From Chara braunii (lineage: Eukaryota; Plantae; Charophyceae), in the NCBI GenBank assembly GCA_003427395.1, contig BFEA01000030.1, positions 2,696,822 through 2,754,619 of the forward strand: DNA of 57,798 nucleotides. The letters are read 5' to 3'. Shown in pieces: positions 11,156-22,876 of the stretch. Each line of letters opens with the position of its first letter. The stretch's first letter is position 1. The position numbers were made by a program, and so were the translations under genes. The notes under the pieces were generated by a model. The model searched no databases. It was not told where the DNA came from and worked only from the letters and a program-made list of their open reading frames with translations.

Positions 11156-13406
11156 CTCACGCCCAACGCGGCTTCCTGTTTTCGGAGTGTTAGTGGGCCT
11201 GGAAGCGCGAAGAGGGGTGTGCCAAGGATTTTTGGAAAGTGGGGGTGGAGTTCCAGGTTGGAACTGGAATCTCTTGTGTCAAGTTTCAGGGGTAGAAGTG
11301 CAATTGGTTCCTCTAGCTCAGAGTTGGGGTGGGGGCCGTTCCCACGGCCGGGACCGGGGAAGAGCCGGGTGCATGAACGGGGTGTTGAGCGCGTCGCTGT
11401 GGGAATGCTCATACCTCAGTCGTCCGACGCAGAACTAAGAGTCTGAGTCTGATGAGGAGGCTGGGTTCTCGTCGTTCTCTCTGGGGAGGAGTCTGACGCG
11501 TGGCCTTCGTCGGTTCGCACTCGTTGGGCTGTTGGCACTCTGGGCACATAGGCCGGGGCCAGAATTGGGATATGGAGTCCCAGGGGGTAACTAGCAGTCG
11601 GTGATACGGAAGAACGATGTAATGGGAAGGGAAATTGGTCGTGAATCGTGATAGCGACGAAGCCTGGGGTGATAAAGCATTGCTCGAGTCTCCTGTCGGG
11701 ATACTCGGGAATTCGGGAGTCCAGGTTGATTGCCAACTGGAAATCACCCCTACACAGTCGCTCGCGTTCGGTTTGGCAGGGGTAATCAAGGTTCCGCAAG
11801 TTTTGCTGTCGTCTGATCCGTTGCTGTCGGACTTGTTGTCGTCAGATTTGTTCCCTTTCCCAATGTGTCCTATACTCGGGATCTCTCAGACTTTCACGGT
11901 CGATGATCCAAAAAGGAGTTTCGACCGCCATATCCGGATCAACAGGATTCACTCACCCACATCGTTCCTACGTGGCTGGATCGTAACCAGCCCCTGCATG
12001 CGTGCGTGTAGATAGCGAATCCGTTGACGGATTGCTGTCTTCCCCGCGCGTACGCACTGGCCAACTAGTTAAGTCCTAAGCTACGCATCCTGATGGCGGA
12101 ATAATCTATTGACGCTTGGTCTGATTGGGCATGTAACCCCGTTCCCAGAACAGCCCCTCCCTGGTTATACTCGCATGCATCAGAGGAAAGAGGGCATCAA
12201 ACATTCGAAGAACAGACATATATTCCCAGCAACTCCCGTAATTCTTACTCGAACACAAGTGATTGGGCTAATGGTGAGCGCACCAACGCGATTTGCGAGA
12301 ATTCCGACTCATAAATCGATACATGCGCTGTGATGTCGAAATGCCGAAAAAACAACGAAGTTAAAACCACACCAATCTACTGATCACAACAAAATGAAAA
12401 AGCAAAGACAAATTGCGAGAAAGGATGCGAGATCTTTCGTCACCATACATACATACATGCATTCCAACAAAGAGATCTGAGAAGATTCACACTGGAAATC
12501 CAAAAAAATGCCGCAACAAAATTGGCCAACGTTGGAATCAAAATTTATATAGAAAGGAGGGAGGAAAGGACACACGGTTCCACCATATCCCTCGTATCTC
12601 TCTCTCTTTCTCTCTCGATGCGGGCAGTCCGTCGCCACGCATCCCACAGACCTCATAGAGTCGTCACCCTGCTTAGCCTGAGCATGCAAGCCAGGTTCGC
12701 CCACGTGCCACAGTCCCTCGCGGCCACGCGTCAACCCCGCACACTCAGCACCAACTCGAAAGATCGCCCAACTCTCTACTCACCGTCTTTCTGCTCGTTA
12801 GCCAATCCTCTCGACCTCGCTAACTCCCAAGTAGGTTAGAGAGAGAATTAATCGCACTTGCAGAATTTATAGCTTGCTAATCAGCGCGCGATAGTCGGGA
12901 TTGCCAGAGGAAAATGAAAGAAGAGAGAAGGAAGTGCCTAAGAGTGCATGACTGGGATGCGGCGTGGGGGACGTAGCCTCACTCCACGCTTCGATCCAAC
13001 CATGCAACGATCCGGCTCATGAGATAGGACGTGAAGTACGCATGCAGTGAGGGAATTTCAAGAACGGGAAAGATTACGGTTACACCTGCATAGCGGGGAA
13101 GGAACAAGAAGAGATTACAGTTGAGATTAGAATCTGGGCATGGCGGGAACAGAGGGCAGGTCCCTGTGCAGCAGAGCGCGTGCGCAAGTAAGAGGCAATG
13201 TGCAGTTACGGGCAAAAATTCCAACGTACCCAATTTCCTACTCTAATTAAAGTCCTAATTACGAAAAGAAATTTTGAAAGCCCGCATAGGCTCATTCCAA
13301 ATTCAAAAATTCCGAAGAATTACCCGCGTGATTATTGCGCCAAAAAGTCGGACGCCTTATTTGAAAACAAAAGAAAAAGAAGAGAAAAGCGAAAAAAACC
13401 GTAGCA
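11156..13406 (-). repeat. Gypsy 5' LTR (~2.25 kb)
   Basis: Begins TGCTACG and ends ...GGGCGTGA(G) just before the PBS, with the terminal CA degenerate. Only the first 55 bp can be checked against the other LTR. Confidence 0.6.
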
Positions 13407-14439
13407 GAAGTTTTTCCCCTTCCGCGCTTGCTAAGGCGCGGGCCCATTGTCCCAAGGTCCATAACCGCCACCGTCTCTTCCCGAAGGACCAAGGAGAAAA
13501 CTTCGAAAAATCAAGAAAGAAGGACCGCCATGCAATTTATCCCCGATCGCTCTGTGTACCACCAATCCCGGTTACGCAGAAGATGGCGCCTTTCAGACAG
13601 TAGTTCGTCACAACGTTGGGCCCCGTTCCCAGCACGAGCTGAACCTTGTCGTTTAAGTGTTAAGATGTCAAGGGACGCTGGACCCGGTTTCCAATAGGTG
13701 CAACTCCCCACCAACGGAATAGCCGCTGTCGGCGCGAATACCCTTACAAGGGTATCCGCCCTGGGTTTTGCAAGTGACAAAAATTAAGTTTGAGTTGGAA
13801 TTTTTGAGTAGACTGCGTGAGTTGTAGCAGTCTATCGGCTGAAAGTTTGACTAGAATGTCTAGAAGCAGAGAGTGAGTGCGCGAGCGAGTTTAAGGCGCG
13901 TGTGATATTTTTTTATTTTTTTTATTTTTTTTATGACTGAAGGGTTGGCGTGATCACTGGCCGGAGCCTTTTTCTGCTGGTTACTTATTTTCTGATTAAG
14001 CTAGGATTAAAAAGATTACGTCCATTGATTAGTGTGCTTACCTGTTACCTATGCGTACGTGGGGAGGACGACATCGACAACGAGAAGGCTTCGAAGTATT
14101 TGTGGTAGGTCTACGCGTTGCGTAGGATAGGTTTGATTTAGGTGTCCGTTAGAGCTAGACCCAGTTTGGGCCTAGCGCTAGCAGTTGCAGTGGCGGATGT
14201 TCATCAAAGAGGTTCACGGATCGAGATCGAGCGGGGGCAACTCGCGGATATCAGAGTAACGCGGAGAAGACCAAGCGGTTGGCGGCGGCGACGCGGGGCT
14301 ATCCTCATTGGTCTACCATTGGAGGTGTCGGAATGTTGCTAGCATATCCTAACGATTAGAAAATCATTAAACTATTTTATTATTGTCATAATTTTTATTT
14401 TTATGCGTCAGGCACTCCTTGACTTGGACGCTACGTCAC

Positions 14440-14770
14440 GGTTAGTGGCCGGCGCGGCGGCCGAGGACCTTGAGTGTGCGCCTCTTTCCGCGGGCCTGTT
14501 CGGGTTCCTGCGCGTACGGGATGCTGGTGGAATTCCTCAGCCTTGCCCGTCTCGAAGCACGGACCAAGGAGTCAATGTGCATACAGGCCGGCGGGTGGGT
14601 AGTGCCAAGTCGAAGGAAACGTGGGAGGCGAGGGCCATTTGTCGGCGTGCCGCCCACCAGACGCGAGTCTGTTGCGGGAGGGTTGAGTGCGTGCGTGCCC
14701 ACTGGGACATAAAAATGGCGGGGCTTGCATCAGGGCGGGCCACGAACTGTAAGGGCCGCCCGCACGATGC
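14440..14770 (+). pseudogene. Diverged 25S (LSU) rRNA-derived segment (D2 end to D3 region) inside the 5' LTR
   Basis: CCCGTCTCGAAGCACGGACCAAGGAGTC (14546-14573) matches 26/28 of the universal LSU motif CCCGTCTTGAAACACGGACCAAGGAGTC. Flanks are colinear with LSU as recalled: GGATGCTGG upstream, GGGTTGAGTGCGTGCGTGCC..GGGAC..AAAATGG downstream. Confidence 0.8.
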
Positions 14771-16209
14771 CCTTTCCCCACCGCGGCCTTCAGAGTCCCC
14801 CTCTGAGCATCTGTTAATGCAAACCAAGAGTCGTACCGAGGCTGATTCATCAAGGCCCATGCTCCAAGGTAGGCCTTAGAGCAGGCCCCATCCTCAGTCC
14901 GCGGCTAGCCGTATGATTGGGGCCTGGCTGTTGGGAGCCTGAGGGGGCAACGGGCTCTGAGCAGCGTAGGAAAGGCTGTTGCGACCGCCTCCCGGGGAAT
15001 GACCGAACGGGGGGAAGGGCTGGCCGGGCGGCGCAACTCAGAGCAACAACAGAATGGTTGGTGGAAGACGGCGGGCGGACCTGGACGGGGAACCGCACCG
15101 GGTACATGCGCGGAAGGGCCAGCGGTATATCCCAAGGTAGTGGGCGACGGGCCGGAGGGAGCAGGCTGGAGGCTATAACGGGCCGTAGCGGACTGGTAGC
15201 GGAACCAGCCGGGTGCAAGGCTGTGAGCCAGGCTGTCGGCCACTGCGTAGGGGTGAAGGACTATCCGGGTCACCCGACGGGAAGTCTTACTAAGTGCTAC
15301 AGCCGTCGGGCAGGTCGCGGAGGGGTGGGCATTGTCGGGTTGAAGAAAGCGAGGAGCGCAGCGGTGAGAGGCGGCAGGAAGGAGGCGGATGAACTTGGCC
15401 GACGAATCGCGCCAGGTGCGTGCACATTGGGGAACGGGGATTGGCAGAGGAGTGAGGACGAGGAGACTCGCACATGCTGGAACCCAATGGGTATAAATTG
15501 GCTATACTATATTACTATTCTATCTACGAACAGGCTAGCCAGGCGCGGGCTCCATAAGAATGGACAGCCTGACTATAGCTTATCGTAATTCGAAGAGAGT
15601 ATAATCAAGAGATATAAATGAAGGTAAACTTGGGCAGGCTGAACAACATTCTAAGATGAGCGACTCAGCCCTATGTTCATTTGGAAGACTAAGTGCAGAA
15701 AGGTATATATAACTTGGCTATTTAAACAGTTCAGGGCGACTAGAGTGGTCTAGTCATGGGCCCAAAAAAAAGAGAAGTAGTAGTGGCCTCTGTTTGTGTA
15801 TACTTGGCTAAGTCAGAACGCTCCATAAGCTTAGGTATTCTGACTTTGGGTCTGGCTAAGTTGGGCGCGCTCTGTAAGTCCAGGTGGCCTGACCTATGCC
15901 TTATGTAAGTTGGGTATAATGGGATAACTCATAGAGAGAGCATGAACTATAATTTGTTAAAAGACTTGGGATGGTGAGAGTACTTACCTTTGTGGTTTGG
16001 CCTGCATGCGACTGAGTGAGGCTACTACTTGGTTTGAGTTTGAGGTTGATAGGTAGTTGCTTTAGTCGCTCGCCACGTGCTAGAGCTATAGGAGTTAGTT
16101 TCAATTCCTGCATTTTCTGAGCTAAGTTTTTTTTTCACTTAGATCAATTCACACATTTTCTGAGATTTTTTGTTGTGCTTGGCCTTGTATAAATTTTGGT
16201 AAGCTACTT

Positions 16210-16500
16210 TCTCTACAGGAAGCGCTGCCGAAATTTCTACAGATCCAAGGAGTTAGTCATTTTTTTGACTCTTCAAAGTTCAACTAGTCTAAAGTTCATA
16301 TATGGCTTAGTAACTATCTGGAAAGTCTCATTTTCTAAAGGGAGTGTTGCCCAAATTTTTGCTAACTCAACGAGTTAGACAAAATTGGACTTTGAAAGTT
16401 CAAAGACTATTTATGTTTTCATATTCGGACTGATATAAATTTTGAAAAGGCACTTTTCCTACGGCAAGCGCTGGCGAAATTTTCTTGATGTAGAGGAGTT
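16210..16500. repeat. Three ~123-bp subrepeats with core GGAAGYGCTGCCGAAATTT
   Basis: Cores at 16226, 16348 and 16472; equivalents at 30072/30194/30318 and 1291/1415/1534. Confidence 0.75.
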
Positions 16501-18234
16501 AGATTATATTTTGACAGGTTTTGATTCTGGCAATTCACCCTGAATAGGGGAGATTTTAGGTTATATTTTGACAGGTTTTGATTCTGGCAATTCACCCTGA
16601 ATAGAGGAGATTCTGCCATTAGTCTACCTTTGTTTTTGGCACTAGCTTAGAGGCAGGCTTAGACTTAGTTGGCGGGTAACTTTGAGTGAGAATGTGGTAT
16701 GGATATTCATCCCCCTTATGCTGATAACTTAGCTTGGGCATTGACATGTCTTATGGTACAGGCCTCTCTTGGACATTCGATTCGGGACTTGGACTAGATT
16801 CAGCTTGATCCTAAGGGGATCATCCTCTGTTATCACTGATAACAGGTCGGTTGACGATTCGTCGGTTTACGATTCAACTCCAATTCACTCCTGCCACTCA
16901 ACCTAAAGGCTTTAGCCTCGTGATTGAACTGTTTTGTTGTGTTTTCACCCGGATTTTATTGAATGGTCATCCAACAAAAGTACTGAGTATTTATTTGAGA
17001 GTTTCACGAGTGAGGCTTGTATGGCTAAAGCGAGGGACATGAGTGTAAGGAATGGTTGAAGTTGACCCCATGTAGTGCGTTGACTTTTGATTTAATCTTT
17101 GATGTGATTGCAGGTATGGTTGTGGTTCGGCTTCCGGATGTGGCTGCCTGCGATTACATACATATATGGTTGAGAGGAGTCTCACTGTGACTGTGAGAAG
17201 TGATTGTCCTATATAAATAAGCCTTATGTATATAGTTATATGTGTCTTAGGTATGTGCGCGACTTACTTAGATCGTGCACAAGGGTTAACCAAGCTATGA
17301 CTTGAGAGAAAAAGGGAGATCTCCTTTTATCCTTTGCTTCTTAAAGATTTCCATGGCCGGACGTTGATCCTGGGCCGAGATTCAAGGTCTTTGTCCATGA
17401 CATCCCAAGCCCTAGGCTCTACAGGGAAGGAATCTGCCCCCGTGCAAAGCCTATTTGCCTTGCCTACCGAGACGCCTCGACCAAAGGCCAGAGGTCTCGC
17501 GGCAGCTGCACGACTATTCCTTCAGCCGTGCAATGCCGTGAAGGATTAGACCCTCACGACACTTCGAGTCTGACACTTGAGTGTCATAAGCGGTACTCGG
17601 ATCCACGAAGGACCGCTTGATTATGGGCCCTACATAGTACGTCATCATTGCGACTGCTTGCGTACGCTTGCATTGCGAGGCGGTATGCCCTGCGTCCGCG
17701 GAGTTTAGTACTGATTCTCGCGCACGACGCTTATCTGATTTCCGCGTTGGAAAGTTATGGGATGGCTACTGAGGGACTAAGAGCGTTGTCACGTGTTTGT
17801 ATTGCGTCGTTTGTGCGTATGTGTGTGTGCGTTTTGTTTTTTGTGTTCGTAAAGTGGTGTACGCGTGGTGTGTGGGATGCGTTCTAGTCGACCGACGACG
17901 GACCGCGCTTGGGACTTCAGCCCCCCAAGATGTCGGTTCGCATGAGGGTCTGATAGGCGTATTACCGCGCGTACCCCCTATGCTACAGCGCACGAGAAAT
18001 GCCATCGGCTGGTCCACCTCTGCGATTGCAACTGATTAGCTTTCGTACTGTGGACTGGTAGCTCGGCGGGGATACGTCCACCGATGGGAGGTGATAGCTC
18101 CCGTAAGGTGGAGGTAAGTTGTGCCTCGCGTAGGCCCTATCCTGTCGTAGGGGCTCGCGAGAGCTATGACTGGTGCACTCGGCCGGAGGGTTCCGCGCCG
18201 CCATGTGCGATGCCGGACCGATGCGCTCGACAGG

Positions 18235-18252
18235 TGGCACCGTTGCCGGGGA
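18235..18252 (+). promoter_or_regulatory. Primer-binding site for tRNA-Asp(GUC), Athila-type
   Basis: TGGCACCGTTGCCGGGGA, 2 nt after the LTR-terminal CA; 17/18 match to TGGCGCCGTTGCCGGGGA, the complement of the plant tRNA-Asp 3' end. Confidence 0.9.
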
Positions 18253-20488
18253 TAACGGCTACCTACCGTTGTCCCTGGTGGAACGACATCCGAGTATGAA
18301 AGTGAGAAATAGGCAACTCGGAAGTTTTGATAGGCTTGTATGAGTGATTGGCTAATATTTTGACTATCGCTGGGAGTACCGTGAGGACTGAGGGGTCCCT
18401 AGAAACCGAGCCTTGATTCGAGGCAGGTTGATAATCCGTGGAGAATAATTGCATCTGCTCTATTGACCGGATTAGGAGAAAGTGGTTGATCGTATAAGGT
18501 ATTGGATAGAGCATGAAGTGAGGGTTAGTTCTGCGAGTGGGGTTTGAGTGATGCAGTAAGGGTTGCTTGAGATCGATAAGCGCCTTGACTATACGCAGTG
18601 AGCACTGCCTAGTATGCGATTAACTGGAGTTGAAAGGCTCTTTGACTTTAATGATTGATGAGTTTGGGTAATGCCTTGTAGGCTCGATTCGGCTAGGAAT
18701 GAGCAAGGTGGTACTGGCGTTGCTAAGTATGCCTGTTATTGGAGTTAAAGGCTAATTGACTCGTTACGTGATTGTTGTGCAGAGCCTGCCGTGGAAGATA
18801 ATCAAGTTAAGGCGGAGCGTCTCTCCTAGTCATGTGACTCCTACGTTAGAGGAAGTTGCCGATACGAGGGCAGCACGGGTGAGGGGATGATTGATAAAGT
18901 GCGAAGTAAGGAGGTTAATTTTAAGGATATTTCCTTGAGCTCAGGCTGGGATATGATATGATAGGTAGTACGGCCAGTACGGTGCTTAAACTCGTCGATA
19001 GCGTGAGTTGATGATGATTTGAGTCGCTTGCGGACTGTTTGGCTAACTATTGATAGATCTCGAGAAGTAGTGGCCACTAGGATAGCGGTTTGGCTAGTCC
19101 GAAGAGAGACCTATGTGTTAATTATATGTGATATATGTATATATGGCATTTATGATTGTTTGTTTAGTTGTCTCTATATATGTACTTTTATTATGTTCTG
19201 TTTGATGTTTGATTGATGGTGTATGTATGGATTGCCTTTCACAGACACATAGATTCTGCGTTTCACATTCACCCCTGGCATGGGACCAGGGGTGAATGGG
19301 GTGACTTACTTCTGTGGAAGGTGGTTCTTTCGAGAAGGAGTTAGTCGGCGTGTATAATTTGTCCTTAGTGGAAGTGCATTCTTGAGTTGTTACTCCCTCG
19401 ATGAGGCTTAAGGAAGCGGTTATTCGTCTCGGAACTGATAGTGAGACCCATGCCGGAACTATGCTGCTGGTCCATTAGTGGGGTGTTGTTGTCTTTCCTG
19501 TAATGGGAGAGTAACTACATTATCTGTTGAGGGAGGAGGAAAGGGCTTGCTACCTCACTGAGGCTGTGATGGCCAGGTGGAGCAGCTACTGCTTAGTGAG
19601 AGCGGTCCAGGAGTAGCGATCTGGGTTCGTCTCGCATTAAGCAAGTAAGGGCACAGACTCGCTATCCATTGTCCTGACAGGTATGAATAGGCCTGACTAT
19701 CTGACCATGATTAGTCAAGCGCTGAAATGAGAGAGGGTTGCGGTGAGGCTTGATCTTTAGAGCGGGGCTCGGGAGTCAAGATGTTATCTCAAGAGGATCA
19801 CACCGCCCCTCTGTATTATATGCTTCGCTTAAGAGATGAAGGGGGTATCAATTGTATCATGCTAATCACTCATTGTAAGTCTTAGTCTGTTTTGTATAAA
19901 CTAAGATATGTTTTGAGAACTATGTTGTTATATAGCTGGCAGTTGAGTTGGCTTTGTGTGGTTATGTACAAAGCATACTGGGCTCTTCAGTTACCACCCC
20001 TGCAGATAAGTTGTGCTTATTACGTTGTAATCGTGATTACGAGTATATCCTAGTTATTGTGGGTTGTACTGCATTTTGGGATGAAGGTTTGGGGTACTCA
20101 CCTATATGACATGTATATTGTATTTTTCTAGATGGTGAAAGTGATATCTGATTAAGGTCGGAGTTATGACTCGAAGGCTTTATCGACAGGTATTTGGTGT
20201 TCTACTGCCGATGAATATTTGTGTGAAGGACTCTCTTCGGTATAGCCGATTGTTGGAATAGACTTTCTACGTGCGTATGCAATAAGTATCGGGATGATCT
20301 TAGCAGGGCATCATTGGCGTCCATTCTTTGAGTAATGTACCATGTTGTATGAATAGTCACCATTAGGAAGTCGGTGTTTGTGCAAGGGGTATTACCATGG
20401 TATATTACCATCGATATCTTCCTAAATTGGGCGGTCGCAAACGCTGGAAGTGGATGGTTTTAGGGAAAGATGATCTGAGAATAAGGGT

Positions 20489-21656
20489 TTGGGGATAAGG
20501 TGGTACAGTATGATTGCCAATAGAATAACGGAAGGCGCATGCTGGACGTTTTTTCTGTCATGGGCAGAGCCCAGACCGGAGCAAAGGCAACTCAGGATGC
20601 CTTATGCGAAGGAAGATCCCAGTGTGACCCTGCCTGTCAAGGGGGAAGATGGGCTTGAGATTTTCTTGCCGAGGCGAGTCAGGGAGGGAGAGTACATCTC
20701 TTCCTTGTGGGGCGCACCGATAGGCAAGGATATTTTTACCTAGATCGAGTCCGACTTTGATGATGGCCAGGACGGTGCGATTGTAAGAGTGACTTTGTAT
20801 GCGCCTTCTTCGTTTTGGGCTTTACATGGGATTGAGCTGGCGCTTGGGCATGAGAGCCTGTTGGCGAGACCTTTGAGGGTAGCTGAGGGAGCTGAAGCAA
20901 AGTGGACGAATGACAGGGTCCAGGAAGGAGAGGAGCAGGTGGAGACCCGTATAGAGGTCAAGCATGCTGAAGAGTTTGCACTTCCCTCAGTCCCATTGCG
21001 AGTTGTCCTGCCAGAATTCATGGTAGAGGCATGTTTTGGGGGACAGGCGAGGGTGGAAGACGCTGCAGAGGCTGCCGTGAAGGTGCGAGAATGGGGATAT
21101 GCACAGTACATGTGCGAGTTGATAAATGGGTTGTATCTAGAACGAAGGTTCTTGTCCCATAGCCAGGAACTTAGGAACCTGGCCACTGTAATGGATGCTT
21201 ATGCAAGTTCGCACAACCCAAATGAAGGAGTTGTAGACTGGGATGAGGTTCGTGCCACAGTTGGCCGATAGGGAGTGTCCATGTATCCTGCTAGGGGGTG
21301 TTTTTCACAGACAATGTGCACATAGGTGAAGATAAGGGCTAGGGTGGCAGGCCAACCAGTTGTATGGACTGAACCCCTTTATGTTAACTGGCAAGATGCA
21401 TCAGGATGGGTTGCAGGGGTAAGCTGTGAAGAAGCCAGGTCTGGGTGGGATGGGCCTGGAAGTTTGAGGAGACTGCAGAGATAAATAAGAAAACCCCATT
21501 TGAATAGATACGACGTGCAAACGGAAGGGGGTTTTCATTCATAATGGTTCGGTAAGACGGCCCGAATTATAGGCAAAAGGGACCCCAATAGAATAGTTGT
21601 ATATGGGGGGGGTATGTTTGGTCTGCATCGGATCGTGCTATCGATATGTTTCTAGT
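20489..21656 (+). pseudogene. Decayed ORF of unknown function in the interior of the giant element
   Basis: ORFs 20489-20743 and 20789-21271 share a frame that continues to 21656: ~390 codons with only five internal stops, all TAG or TAA. Confidence 0.55.
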
Positions 21657-22876
21657 AACTAGGGCTGGGAGATGAGTTTTAAATAAGGGTTTATCTCCCT
21701 AGACCTATTGATTGAGAAAAGAAGAGACGAGACCTAGGCTCTGTTTTAGATCCGAATGGTTGTATATATGAGAGAGATCTGAGGGGCTTGAGGGGAAGCC
21801 TTGATGTGGGAGAAGGTAGACCCCCTAACCTAGGGGTGCATTGCGGGAGACTTGTGTATATATGATGGATCATAGGAGGCTCCAGGGTGGGGCTGGGGAG
21901 ATACCTTTCTAAGGCTCCTGCGACTAATTGAAGGTAGGATAGCAAGAGCATGGCCCAAGCATGGAAACGAGCCTCACGCATGGACGGATTGCTGAAGGCA
22001 AATATGGATGAGGGTGTGGCTTAGAGGGCCCGCTTGTGTGCTTGGGAGATCATGCGAGATTTGACTCCTTCTAGATCGATGTTCTAGAAATATTGCCCTA
22101 GGATACAGGGGAGGGGCTATGTCTTGAAGGATGGATTTCCTCATGGCCATACTACCCGGAACTACAAGGGCGTATACATCCATGCATTTGTGTATAGAAT
22201 GTGCGTGGAACCTTGGTAGGCTTGGACTTAAGTTTCAAGTAAGCGGGGACAATATGTACAGTGTTTTGATTCTAGACCAAATTTTAGTCTCGAGCGAGTG
22301 AGACACGGGAGGGGCTTGGTCCTACTTTGTCCAAGAGTTAAATATGTCTGGAGTTACTTGGGTCCCTCTGATTTGAGGGGTATGATTACATCATGACCAG
22401 GACTGTGTTAGTATTAGTTCTTGTTAAGGAGGGCGCGATTTTCGTTGTGTGATGCTAGTACCAGGTTGAGTTCGAGATTGTTCGACTCCATGTGTACATA
22501 TGTAATTCGAGACCATTCGGTTTGCGTTTGAGTTGGGATATCATACCCCTGGGTATATATTGAATTGAGATCTTTATCTGAGGCTATTCCTTGTATATGA
22601 CGATCGCGATCATTCTCACATGTGTGGTTTTATCCTAATGTATGATGATTCTGTATGAGAGAAGTATGAGGAACATCTCATGAGTTGTGTGGATTTTTGT
22701 GAGAATGAGTGGATGTGAATTGTCTACTCTTCGGTATACTCGTGCGGTCTGCTTACGAGCAGGACAGGGCCGAGTATAAGGAGAGGAAGTGCGGTCTGTT
22801 ATTGTGAAAGCGTGAGAATCCTAAGGGATTTTACGAGTCTCTGAGACTCGAATACTTACCATGTCGGATGTTGTAC

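Larger units (their letters stand above)
3214..13474 (-). mobile_element. Ty3/Gypsy LTR retrotransposon, decayed; 3' LTR interrupted at 3214 by the family A LTR
   Basis: Domain order gag-PR-RT-RH-IN on the minus strand, tRNA-iMet PBS, and a 123-bp direct repeat at 3214-3336 and 13352-13474. Confidence 0.95.
13727..18232 (+). repeat. 5' LTR (4,506 bp), lacking ~3.2 kb present in the 3' LTR
   Basis: TGTCGGCG...CGCTCGACA. 13727-15466 aligns to 24351-26089 and 15467-18232 aligns to 29314-32086. Private 57-bp tandem duplication at ~16499-16615. Confidence 0.92.

Noticed and set aside
14403-15588. Long GC-rich ORFs in the LTRs (also 25027-26352 and 27467-27962)
   Set aside because: Open in several frames because of GC content; frames differ between the two LTRs and overlap rRNA-derived sequence.
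17959-17969. GTATTACCGCG matching the reverse of a universal SSU rRNA motif
   Set aside because: Only 11 nt, with no flanking similarity, and not conserved in family A.
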